Shown in pieces: positions 49,006-57,846 of a DNA stretch of 64,000 nt. The notes under the pieces are model-generated. The model searched no databases, was not told the DNA's origin, and saw only the letters and a list, made by a program, of their open reading frames with translations. Source of the DNA: an uncultured delta proteobacterium (GTDB lineage: Bacteria; Desulfobacterota; RBG-13-43-22); assembly GCA_963790475.1 (NCBI GenBank), contig CAWBOS010000010.1, positions 672,001 to 736,000 on the forward strand. Reading direction: 5' to 3'. A program made the position numbers and the translations under genes. How positions within the stretch are numbered: position 1 is the first letter of the stretch; each line of letters opens with the position of its first letter.

Positions 49006-49032
49006 TATTCGGACGTTTTACGAAAAACTTTA
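49006..49032 (-). promoter_or_regulatory. sigma28 promoter for the 47760-48956 gene
   Basis: Minus strand TAAA-N15-TCCGAATA, with the same TAAAGTTTTT start as the flagellin 1 promoter. Confidence 0.7.
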
Positions 49033-49128
49033 ATAGAAATAATAAATAAAATCGGATACTATTCCTGAAATTCGATTGAAAAAGATCCCTCTCTTTATCC
49101 TGGAAAGGGTGTGTTAGGAAGGACAATC

Positions 49129-49854
49129 GTGGTAAGAAAATTTTTCCTGTTAATTGTCGCAGCAATTTTGGGTTATGTGGGTTTTTATTTTATTTTCCCT
49201 GATATCGCCAAATTGAAAAAGGAAAACCCCAAGAAAACCTCTTTCATGGAATTTCGGGAAAAAGAAGGACGGGAAAAAGGCAGGCCCCTGCAAATCAAGA
49301 CCCATTGGGTCCCTTTGTCCCGAATTTCCCCTTATCTGATCAAGGCGGTGATCATTGCCGAAGATGACAAATTCTGGTCCCATGAAGGGTTTGATTTCGA
49401 GGCCATTCAAAAGGCCATGGAAAAGGACATTAAAACTCGAAAATTTAAAGTGGGGGGAAGCACCATCAGCCAGCAACTGGCTAAGAATCTCTATTTGACC
49501 CCTTCCAAGAGCCTACTACGTAAGGGCAAAGAATCCATAATAACCTGGAGGATCGAGAAGACCCTGAGCAAAAAAAGGATCATTGAAATCTATTTGAATG
49601 TTGTCGAATGGGGGGAAGGAATATTCGGGATTGAGGCCGCTGCTCGTCATTATTTTGGAAAACCAGCAGCGACCTTGGGTCCGGAAGAAGCGGCCCGACT
49701 GGCCGTGATCCTTCCCAATCCGAGAAAGTTGAGTCCCATCGGAAATTCCCGCTACGTGGCCAAGCGAGCTGGGATGATCCAAAACATCATGGTTAAGAGG
49801 GGGATAATTATTCCGGCTTTTGAAGAAGTGATGGCTCCCGGAATCAGGGATTGA
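49129..49854 (+). CDS. mtgA: Monofunctional peptidoglycan transglycosylase
   Basis: AEDDKFWSHEGFD, GGSTISQQLAKNLYL, RKGKE, YLNVVEWG, ILPNP; GTG 49129 has GGAAGGA upstream. Confidence 0.92.
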   Translation: MVRKFFLLIVAAILGYVGFYFIFPDIAKLKKENPKKTSFMEFREKEGREKGRPLQIKTHWVPLSRISPYLIKAVIIAEDDKFWSHEGFDFEAIQKAMEKDIKTRKFKVGGSTISQQLAKNLYLTPSKSLLRKGKESIITWRIEKTLSKKRIIEIYLNVVEWGEGIFGIEAAARHYFGKPAATLGPEEAARLAVILPNPRKLSPIGNSRYVAKRAGMIQNIMVKRGIIIPAFEEVMAPGIRD

Positions 49855-50078
49855 AAAAAGGAACGCTAGTGAAATTCTTCAAGAGGATAAAGAAGAACAG
49901 GCCTACTCCCCTTCCACTTCTGAATCCTCTAAAAGGTGGGGGGATGATGATGGGTTGGATTCCAAAAATTAAAATAAATCCCTTCAATTGAAATATGGAA
50001 TTTTAGATTTTGGAAAATTTGAAGGAAAACAGAATGAACATAATGTATATCTTATTGAAATAATTGTATTTAAATTGT

Positions 50079-50094
50079 CGGCACGAGAAATGCC
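50079..50094 (+). promoter_or_regulatory. sigma54 promoter for the small Lys-rich protein
   Basis: CGGCACGAGAAATGCC (GG-N10-GC) preceded by an AT-rich IHF-like tract. Confidence 0.65.
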
Positions 50095-50179
50095 CTGAAA
50101 ATCGTAGCATAAGAAAATGGCACTTAAAAGCCTATAGAAATTTTTTGTAGGAGATTGTGAGGGAAGAAGATGAAATCAC

Positions 50180-50432
50180 ATGAAAAAGTTGATCATTTGG
50201 ACTATGTCTTTAGTATTTTGCTTTGACCGTTTCTTTGGCCTTTGCTGCTGAACCAATGAAAAAGGAAGAAAAGAAACCTGAGGCCAAACCTGCAATGACT
50301 GCTCCGGCAGAACCAGCTAAGGCTGAAGAGAAGGCCCCGGCTGAAAAGAAGGTCATGAAGAAGAAGGTCAAGAAGGTCAAGAGAGTGAAGAAAAAAGAAA
50401 AGAAGAAAAGAAATAATTTCTCTTTTATTTAA
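50180..50432 (+). pseudogene. Small secreted Lys/Ala/Pro-rich protein with a +1 frameshift in the signal peptide (or sequencing error)
   Basis: Removing one T from GTATTTTGCT joins MKKLIIWTMSLVF to ALTVSLAFA-AEPMKKEEKK, giving a clean signal peptide. Confidence 0.7.
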
Positions 50433-50477
50433 AACAAAAAGGTGGAACGGGATACTCTGATTCCACCTTTTTGTTTT
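50431..50477 (+). terminator. Intrinsic terminator (symmetric, potentially bidirectional)
   Basis: AAAACAAAAAGGTGGAA / TTCCACCTTTTTGTTTT. Confidence 0.8.
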
Positions 50478-50694
50478 CAACCCAATGCTTCCCGCCCGTC
50501 TCTCATAATATCCCTTGAAAACCAAAACGAACCTGTGCTAAGACAGGAGTCATTCAGCCAAGAAAAATTTTCATATCGAAAAAAATCAGGAAAAAATTTC
50601 TTGCTTGATTAGGGCAATCTGAAAATTTAAATTGGTTTCGACGAACGATGAACACCGAACAATATTTCCAAATATTAGACGCTGAGAGGTAGGG

Positions 50695-53109
50695 ATGGGA
50701 ATGAAATTCAGGGAATTGACACCGGAAGAACTTCGGCGGACTTGCGATCCCGACAGCTTGGACTTTGAGACAACCGAGGAGTTGGCCGTTGGCCCGGATA
50801 AGGTAATTTCCCAGGACCGGGCTGTGCGGGCCATCCTGTTTGGCGTGGGGATGGACAGTTTGGATTATAATATCTATGTGGCCGGGCCGCCCAAAGCCGG
50901 GATGACTTATATCACCAGGACTTTGATCGAAGACATAGCCAGGGACAAGAATTCTCCTCCTGACTGGTGTTATATCCATAACTTTAAAGAACCGGATCGT
51001 CCGAAGACTTTATCCTTGCCCAGCGGCAAAGGAAAAGAATTAAAAAAGGATATTGAAGAACTGATCAGCGATTTACAACGCGATATTCCCGAGGTTTTTG
51101 AAAGTGAAGAATACGCCCAGAGGAAAGAGGAGTTTTTAAAAAAATTCAATTCAGAACGGGAGGCTATACTCAAGGCCCTGGAGGAAAAGGCCTTGGCCGA
51201 AGGATTCGTTTTAAATATCAGTCAGGTGGGGATGGTCATTATGCCGGCCAAAGACGGCCAACCCATGGATGAAGAGACCCTGAAATCCCTGAACGAGGAG
51301 GATAAAAAATTACTTAGGGAAAAAAGTGAAGGCCTCCAGGGGGAAATGAACCAGGTGGTTCGGACTATCAGGAACAATGAAAAGGACCTGAGAAAGAAAA
51401 TAAAGGACCTGGATAAGAGAATCGCCCTGTATGCGGTGGGACATCTGATAGAAGAATTACAGGAAAAATATAAAGATTTCTCCCAGGTCCTAAGATATTT
51501 GAAGGATATCAAAGATGACATCATCAAAAATATTGACGAGTTCAAGGCCAAACCACCGGCGGCCGGTTCGTTCCCCATGCCTTCCCTGGAACCTTCCCTG
51601 ATCCGATATCAGGTCAATGTTTTGATCGATAACACCGAAACCAAAGGGGCCCCGGTGGTTTTCGAAACCAATCCGACTTATCCCAACCTTTTCGGAACCA
51701 TTGAAAAACAAGCCCAATTCGGGGCCTTATTCACCGATTTCAGTATGATCCGGCCGGGCTCTTTACATCGGGCTAACGGGGGATTTCTGATTATTAAGGT
51801 TCTTGATCTCCTGCGCTGGTATTTTTCCTGGGAAGGTTTGAAGCGATCGCTAAAAACCGGGCAGATCCAGGTTGAAGATTTAGGGGAACAACTGAGTTTG
51901 ATCAGCACCAAGTCCTTGAAGCCGGAACCCATTCCTTTGAAAATCAAGATTCTGTTAATCGGGGAACCCTATATCTATCATCTTCTCTATGGCATGGACC
52001 AGGATTTTTCCAAGATGTTCAAGGTGAAGGCCGAATTGGACGATCAGATGGACCGGCAGGAGGCCCCCTTGAAGGATTATATCCATTATATGGCCCGTTG
52101 CTGCCGGGAGCGAAAACTTCTGCCCCTGCATAAAAGCGGGGCGGCCCGGTTGATTGAATACAGCTCGGAACTTACCGGAAGAAATTTCAAACTCTCCCTG
52201 CAATTGGCCGAAATTAACGATCTGATCCAAGAGGCCCATTACTGGGCAATACAGGGACAAAGTCTTTTGATCAAGGCCGAGCATGTGGAAAAGGCCGTCG
52301 AAGAAAAAATTTTTCGCTCTAATTTATATGAAGAAAAAATCCAGGAGATGATTGCTCTAGGGAATTACAAGATAGAAACCGAAGGATACCGGATGGGCCA
52401 GGTCAATGGGCTTTCCGTTTATCCCCTGGGCGATTATCAATTCGGCCGGCCTTCGCGGATAACCGCCAATTGTTCTCTGGGGAAAGACGGAGTGGTGGAT
52501 ATCGACCGGGAATCCAAGCTGAGTGGAAATATCCATACCAAAGGGGTGATGATTTTAAGCGGCTACTTGAGAGGGAAATATGCCTCTGATAAACCCTTAA
52601 GCCTTTCGGCCAGTATTGCCTTCGAACAAAGTTACGGGATGGTGGACGGGGACAGCGCCTCCGGGGCCGAACTGCTGGCCCTGCTGTCCGTTTTGGCCGA
52701 TACCCCTATTTTTCAGGGGATTGCCATAACCGGTTCAGTCAGCCAAAAAGGAGAGATCCAACCCATCGGCGGGGTCAATGAAAAGATTGAAGGATTTTTT
52801 GAAGTCTGTCGGGAAAAAGGGCTGACCGGAAAACAAGGGGTCATCATCCCGGAATCCAATGTCAAAGACCTGATGCTGAAAACCAAAGTGGTGGAAGCGG
52901 TCCGGGAAGGCCGGTTTCATATCTACCCCATCACCGACATTGAACAGGGCCTGGAAATATTAACCGGGAAAAAGGCCGGAAAGAAGAAAAAGGACGGCAC
53001 CTATCCTAAAAATACCCTGAACTGCAGGATTGAAGGCCAGCTCAATAAATTAAACGAAATTTCAAAAGAAGCAGGCGGTAAAGAAAAAGGGAACGAACCG
53101 AGACTTTGA
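50695..53109 (+). CDS. Lon-like (LonC-type) S16 protease with AAA-like domain
   Basis: Ser-Lys dyad GDSAS...GGVNEKIEGF; NPTYPNLFG, GSLHRANGG; Walker A degenerate. Confidence 0.88.
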   Translation: MGMKFRELTPEELRRTCDPDSLDFETTEELAVGPDKVISQDRAVRAILFGVGMDSLDYNIYVAGPPKAGMTYITRTLIEDIARDKNSPPDWCYIHNFKEPDRPKTLSLPSGKGKELKKDIEELISDLQRDIPEVFESEEYAQRKEEFLKKFNSEREAILKALEEKALAEGFVLNISQVGMVIMPAKDGQPMDEETLKSLNEEDKKLLREKSEGLQGEMNQVVRTIRNNEKDLRKKIKDLDKRIALYAVGHLIEELQEKYKDFSQVLRYLKDIKDDIIKNIDEFKAKPPAAGSFPMPSLEPSLIRYQVNVLIDNTETKGAPVVFETNPTYPNLFGTIEKQAQFGALFTDFSMIRPGSLHRANGGFLIIKVLDLLRWYFSWEGLKRSLKTGQIQVEDLGEQLSLISTKSLKPEPIPLKIKILLIGEPYIYHLLYGMDQDFSKMFKVKAELDDQMDRQEAPLKDYIHYMARCCRERKLLPLHKSGAARLIEYSSELTGRNFKLSLQLAEINDLIQEAHYWAIQGQSLLIKAEHVEKAVEEKIFRSNLYEEKIQEMIALGNYKIETEGYRMGQVNGLSVYPLGDYQFGRPSRITANCSLGKDGVVDIDRESKLSGNIHTKGVMILSGYLRGKYASDKPLSLSASIAFEQSYGMVDGDSASGAELLALLSVLADTPIFQGIAITGSVSQKGEIQPIGGVNEKIEGFFEVCREKGLTGKQGVIIPESNVKDLMLKTKVVEAVREGRFHIYPITDIEQGLEILTGKKAGKKKKDGTYPKNTLNCRIEGQLNKLNEISKEAGGKEKGNEPRL

Positions 53110-53135
53110 GGGCTTCCCTTTGAACCCTCTATAGT

Positions 53136-53205
53136 ATGTTGGGAGTAAGCACAGTGACGGTCTATAAGTGGGAGAATAACCGGAATCCCCCTTCCCTCCG
53201 TCAAA
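53136..53205 (+). pseudogene. XRE-family HTH remnant
   Basis: LGVSTVTVYKWENNRNPPS is an XRE recognition helix; in-frame stop shortly upstream, rest of ORF unrelated. Confidence 0.5.
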
Positions 53206-53653
53206 GGAGTACGTTTATTCGTAAGTTCCTGGTCTTGAAGGGAGAAAGTGGAGGCGAATTTTGGTTTGAAAGTCAGGAAAGATATCTGGTTACCGACTTG
53301 GTATTAGTCCCTGCGGGAGAAAGGAGTCGGAGTTGTCAACGATGCATTCGATTTCCGGCAGCTCATCCGATATTCAATCATCACCATCCTGCCTACAGAT
53401 AATGAAGAGCGTTAGAAATCTCTTTTATCCCCGGTGGGTTATAGGCCAGGAAAGCCACTTGATCCCTGGACGAAGACCCAAGTAATAGAGGCTTTTGGTT
53501 AAGACTCTCGCCTTTGGTGCGGTTCTCCGAAATTGAGGGATCGTTCAAAACAGCGCTTATTTCAAGAACAGTCTTGATTTCCTTATTGAGCAACACTTTC
53601 TCAAAATGAATGAAATTCTAAAAGAGGCGGGAGGAAAAGGAAGGCAGGGAGCA

Positions 53654-53693
53654 AAGTCAAACGGCTGGTCAATTACGGCCAGTCGTTTGACTT
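53654..53693 (-). terminator. Hairpin ending the pilin cassette transcript
   Basis: AAGTCAAACGGCTGGTC / GGCCAGTCGTTTGACTT. Confidence 0.7.
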
Positions 53694-53720
53694 AACGGAG
53701 GAGAAAAAGGATCTTATGAA

Positions 53721-55502
53721 TTATGAATCGCTTTCACGAACGAGAGTCCATATACCTCTGTAGAGAAACTGCACTTGGGGAGTTCCTGGAGGCATATTGT
53801 AAATATCCATGTTATAAGTCCAGGTACGATTCGGGGGCTTATAATAGGAGTTAGAGTCGTTGTACTGTCTGTACCATCCAGTAGCCAGCCGGCTTTGCCA
53901 CAGGCAGACTACAGATCCGGCGTAGATGAAATCATTGCCGTTCCAACTTTCCAGAAACCTGATTAAGTTGTGCACACCCCCGCTGTAATGGCTGGGAGAT
54001 TCGCCGGTGGGTACATCGCCGGTCATAATAGCCGTATTGACGGTTGTATCGGAGGCCGGCCGCGCCGAAGGTTTTGTAGGATCAACTAGCGAGGAGGCAT
54101 CATAAGCGGATGTCCAGTTATCGGAAAGAATGGTCACCGAATCGGCAGCAACGGCAGCGGCGATCGGGGGAGAGGTACTGTTATAATTTCCTCTTATATA
54201 CAAGGGATTTTCTGTGGCTACCGTAAAACCGGTTGTACCGTTCGAGGGAAGGGTGGCCCCATTAGTCAATCTTACGGCAGTGAGGGGGTCGGTTGTCTTA
54301 GGGGCTGAAATATAAAGAATGCCGGGTTGCCCTCCACTCAACGGATGATATAAGGCATTATTAACGGCGCAGGCCGTATTGGCCAGGTTGCCGATATCCA
54401 ACTCAATGATATTCACATACACACCGTCCGCATCATCTATGTTTCCCGTACCCCGGCCGTCCCTCATCTTATTGGCGGTATAGGGTACATTTACGATATT
54501 AGTCGCACATCCGCTGGTTGGAAGTAAGGTGGTCCCGCCATTGGCGTACCATCCATTGGCAGCATTTCCCTCCCCTAAAAACTTATATATGACCGCAGCG
54601 TTGAAGTAAAAACTCTGGGTATCTGATGTGTTCCCATCTTTGATCAGAAGCCAGGGATTGCCGGGGTCAGCGAGAGGAGGCGTTATCGGCTGAAGAGGGG
54701 GGGTAGTGTTATTCAGGTCCAGAACTCTTCCATTCCAATCTGCCAGAGATTTGGCTTTCCAGTTGGAGTCTTCAGTATCATAGGTCATGTTTTTTTTCTG
54801 ACCTTTTCCATTATCAATCTTAATGGGTCCGTGATTGGGTTGATGGCCGGCCGGGTCTCCCGGGGCCCGATGGTTATGAAGTCCCCCGGCAGAGGTTACG
54901 GGGTCATTCAAGGTCAGATCTGCCGGGTCCATGAAGATTTTTGAGTTGGAATGAACACGCCCGTTGACGGTCATAGCTGTGGCGGAATTAATCTCCAGGT
55001 TCCCCTGGTAGAATATGGCAAACTGAAAGATCGGGATAAGTTGATCGTCAATCACACCCTTTGTGGTTGCCGTTGCCGGTCCATAGATTGAGTCGGCCTT
55101 GGATGTCAGGTTATAACTCCGGATGTTACCGTTAAGACCGGCAAAAGGTCCTTTGGTAACCAGCTTGTTTTCCATCGGACCTGCCGGGACTGCCGAAAGA
55201 GCTACGTTAAACTCCGGGAGAACCAGATTTTGGAGAATTATAGTGTCCGGTTGACTGGATTGGTTGGCCAGCATATAATAGATCTGAGTCATGGCTGAGT
55301 CATAACCGGCTTCGGCGGCCTGGAAGGCATCCTTGATAGCCTTGTGAGCAACAGTCGTTTTGGATTCTAAAAGGGATAGTTGCAGAGAAGCTAATCCAAT
55401 CAGGGAAAGGATTACCAGGATGATTAGGGAAATGATAAGAACGCTTCCCCGGTTACCAGAAATCTTTGACTGATCTTTTAAGCGGTTACCGGATCCTTTC
55501 AT
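53721..55502 (-). CDS. pilX: PilX-like minor pilin with large C-terminal domain (cassette B)
   Basis: RG|SVLIISL (no Glu5), AFQAAEAG, IFQFAIF, GRVHSNS, YSGGVHNLIRFLESW. Confidence 0.75.
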   Translation of the reverse strand: MKGSGNRLKDQSKISGNRGSVLIISLIILVILSLIGLASLQLSLLESKTTVAHKAIKDAFQAAEAGYDSAMTQIYYMLANQSSQPDTIILQNLVLPEFNVALSAVPAGPMENKLVTKGPFAGLNGNIRSYNLTSKADSIYGPATATTKGVIDDQLIPIFQFAIFYQGNLEINSATAMTVNGRVHSNSKIFMDPADLTLNDPVTSAGGLHNHRAPGDPAGHQPNHGPIKIDNGKGQKKNMTYDTEDSNWKAKSLADWNGRVLDLNNTTPPLQPITPPLADPGNPWLLIKDGNTSDTQSFYFNAAVIYKFLGEGNAANGWYANGGTTLLPTSGCATNIVNVPYTANKMRDGRGTGNIDDADGVYVNIIELDIGNLANTACAVNNALYHPLSGGQPGILYISAPKTTDPLTAVRLTNGATLPSNGTTGFTVATENPLYIRGNYNSTSPPIAAAVAADSVTILSDNWTSAYDASSLVDPTKPSARPASDTTVNTAIMTGDVPTGESPSHYSGGVHNLIRFLESWNGNDFIYAGSVVCLWQSRLATGWYRQYNDSNSYYKPPNRTWTYNMDIYNMPPGTPQVQFLYRGIWTLVRESDS

Positions 55503-55692
55503 CTCTTTATCTCCTTAACTCGGCTAAATGCTTTTTCATCCGGGAAAGTATTTCCAGGATGAGAGTTATTGTCGACTGTCTTTTACCCCTCAGTAAAAAT
55601 CATAAAATATAATGGTTAAGCTGACCACTTAAGGCTAATCGCTGATTGTCCCATCCGGAGATCGGTATTTTCGGATGGAGACTACCGGGTAA

Positions 55693-56652
55693 TTAATTAA
55701 ATAAATTTCTAACCATAACTGTACTGGAAAGCAATCGTCTCCTGTATTGATCCGTCGTGCCCGCATCTCGGTCCTCTATATTCGGCCTTTTTCCTGAGAA
55801 TTGGGGGTCTATGTCTTTTGCCCGGGCAAGAATATTCACCCGGACATCTCTGATATTTGCATTATTGAAGGTCGTAGGTAAATTATTACCGGGAACACAA
55901 TACCAAACTCCCGAAGGGGTGGTGTTATCTCGATAAGCCAGCTGCAGGTCTTCAATATCCGTAGCAATGTTTTGAAAAGTCCCGTCCCCTTGTTCCAGTT
56001 GCAGGACCGGATGTCTGGGGTCTGAAGTGTTGTCGATTCTGTAAGTCAACAGTTTGACCCGAGTAACCTGGGACCCTTTGGGAAACCCTGCGGTTGGGTA
56101 AAGATTGATGGAATTGGGAGGATTGACAGTGGCCCCTGCCGCGTGCAGAAGGTCTGCACCGTTGATGCTGGTTACCTGAAGGAGCGCGGCACTGGATCCG
56201 ACAGAAATCATAATAATATCACCGTACCGAAATTTTCCTATATCAGCTGGTTGAATAGATATCGGTATAGAGTCATTGGAATTGGCCAAGGCAGCAGTGG
56301 TGGTAGTTGAAAGCGAAGGCTGGTTATCTGCATATAATATCCTTATCTGGTCGGATAGTGTGGCGCTGTTGGCAGGTGTTATGGCAAAAATGTTCTCTTG
56401 GTCCCCTTTTGCTTTGTTGTAGAAACTGACGCCGACTTGGGGTATTTGAAACCCAGCCATCCGAAGGTCCATTACTAGGCTGTCCAGGGAGATTTTGGCA
56501 TTCCGCTGCATTTCAGTTACCAGATTCTGGTTGGCATACGACTTGTTTTGGACAATGAACATACCTATAATTGCCGTGGTAACCAGCCCGCCTAGTAATA
56601 AAGCAACTAGGATTTCTACCAGGGTAAAACCATTTTTTCGGTTCAGTTTCAT
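55693..56652 (-). CDS. pilW: PilW-like minor pilin (cassette B)
   Basis: G|FTLVE prepilin site, DLRMAG, IEDLQLAY, VMVRN. Confidence 0.85.
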   Translation of the reverse strand: MKLNRKNGFTLVEILVALLLGGLVTTAIIGMFIVQNKSYANQNLVTEMQRNAKISLDSLVMDLRMAGFQIPQVGVSFYNKAKGDQENIFAITPANSATLSDQIRILYADNQPSLSTTTTAALANSNDSIPISIQPADIGKFRYGDIIMISVGSSAALLQVTSINGADLLHAAGATVNPPNSINLYPTAGFPKGSQVTRVKLLTYRIDNTSDPRHPVLQLEQGDGTFQNIATDIEDLQLAYRDNTTPSGVWYCVPGNNLPTTFNNANIRDVRVNILARAKDIDPQFSGKRPNIEDRDAGTTDQYRRRLLSSTVMVRNLFN

Positions 56653-56666
56653 TTTTGCACCTGTTA

Positions 56667-57062
56667 CTAAGAAACATCATATTTAAAATTAGAAATATTC
56701 GTCTGTAGCTTGTATGACTTGCCGCTCGGGCAGGTCACCGTCACAATCACCTGTCTGGTCATGGAATTAAGAGGGGTTATGGTCCAGCTCCTCGTGTAGG
56801 GCCCTTTACTATCACTCCCGTTAGCCAGATCGGCGAAATGGTCCAAGGCGTTCCGTTTTATATCTTCTAATCTATCCTGGGCCAGGTTTAGAGCTTCCGT
56901 TTTCTGACTGATATTAGCATTATTTTTAATAGCCATAATCTGCATCATCGATATGGCCAGAAGACCGATTAAAACAATTAACATGGCCATAATGACTTCG
57001 ACCAGGGTAAACCCTTTATTATTCCTGATGAGGTTTCCTGTGTTCATAATATAATTGATCAA
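56667..57062 (-). CDS. pilV: PilV-like minor pilin (cassette B)
   Basis: G|FTLVE, ALNLAQDRLE, YTRSWTI. Confidence 0.82.
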   Translation of the reverse strand: MINYIMNTGNLIRNNKGFTLVEVIMAMLIVLIGLLAISMMQIMAIKNNANISQKTEALNLAQDRLEDIKRNALDHFADLANGSDSKGPYTRSWTITPLNSMTRQVIVTVTCPSGKSYKLQTNISNFKYDVS

Positions 57063-57077
57063 CTTCCCTCCTTTATT

Positions 57078-57698
57078 TTACCCGCTTGAGGTTGTGATGC
57101 TGATCCCCCCTCCTTCGGATACATTAACCGTACTGATTTTCCCCTTTGAATTTTTCAGGGTAACCGATCCGGAACCGTAAGACGAACCGATCCTAATGGA
57201 AAGCCCACGGGAATTAAATCCGCATTTTGTAGCGCCTCCCGTATTATTAAAAATCGCGTTGTTAATAGTGACTGAAGGGTAATCCTCCATGTTCATTCTA
57301 TAAACGGTTTCTTCATTCGCTTCTTTCTGCCAGTTCTTTGCTGTTCCGCTCCCGTTGGCACCATCATCGACAAAGGCCACTATGCTCTGGGGAGAACTCA
57401 TAATGACTTCTACAACACAATTGGCATTGCGGCTAATGGCTGTTGTTCTGGCCAATTGAATGGTTGCCGCCAGTTCATTGGCCGCATTTCTAATCCGATA
57501 ATTACTCAACATAGTGGACATAGTGGGAGCGGCGATTAGAGAAATGATCCCAATGAGGGCAATAACAATTATCAGCTCAAGGAGGGAATAACCCCTTGAG
57601 TCGGGGTTGTTAAAGATTTGTGGCTTTCTTCGGAAGGGAAAATTTCCTGCAGGATTTTTGGAAGAATAAAACTTCTGATTTTTAAATAGAGTTTTCAT
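57078..57698 (-). CDS. fimT: FimT/FimU (GspH-like) minor pilin (cassette B)
   Basis: G|YSLLE, IQLARTTAI, FNSRG; start placed at ATG 57698 just after the riboswitch. Confidence 0.8.
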   Translation of the reverse strand: MKTLFKNQKFYSSKNPAGNFPFRRKPQIFNNPDSRGYSLLELIIVIALIGIISLIAAPTMSTMLSNYRIRNAANELAATIQLARTTAISRNANCVVEVIMSSPQSIVAFVDDGANGSGTAKNWQKEANEETVYRMNMEDYPSVTINNAIFNNTGGATKCGFNSRGLSIRIGSSYGSGSVTLKNSKGKISTVNVSEGGGISITTSSG

Positions 57699-57782
57699 AA
57701 CTGGGAAAACAGCCACCCTTCCGGTCATTTCGGGTCTGTTTCTTTGCGTCCCAGCCTTTCGTCTGGTTTGCCTTTTTCAGTT
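57699..57782 (-). ncRNA. c-di-GMP-I (GEMM-I) riboswitch, cassette B
   Basis: Minus strand AACTG-AAAAA-GGCAAACCAGAC-GAAA-GGCTGGGACGCAAAG-AAACAG-ACCC...GGGTGG-CTGTTT-TCC-CAGTT: GGCAAAC/GNRA/GGGACGCAAAG core with pairable P1, P2 and P3. Confidence 0.92.
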
Positions 57783-57846
57783 TTGAAAATTAAGCAATTT
57801 ATTTTAAAAAAAAATAACTTACTTCAATTTATTGAGTTCAATAAAC

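Noticed and set aside
53393-53596. 67-aa minus-strand ORF after the pilin terminator
   Set aside because: No RBS or recognisable motif; lies in a degraded intergenic region
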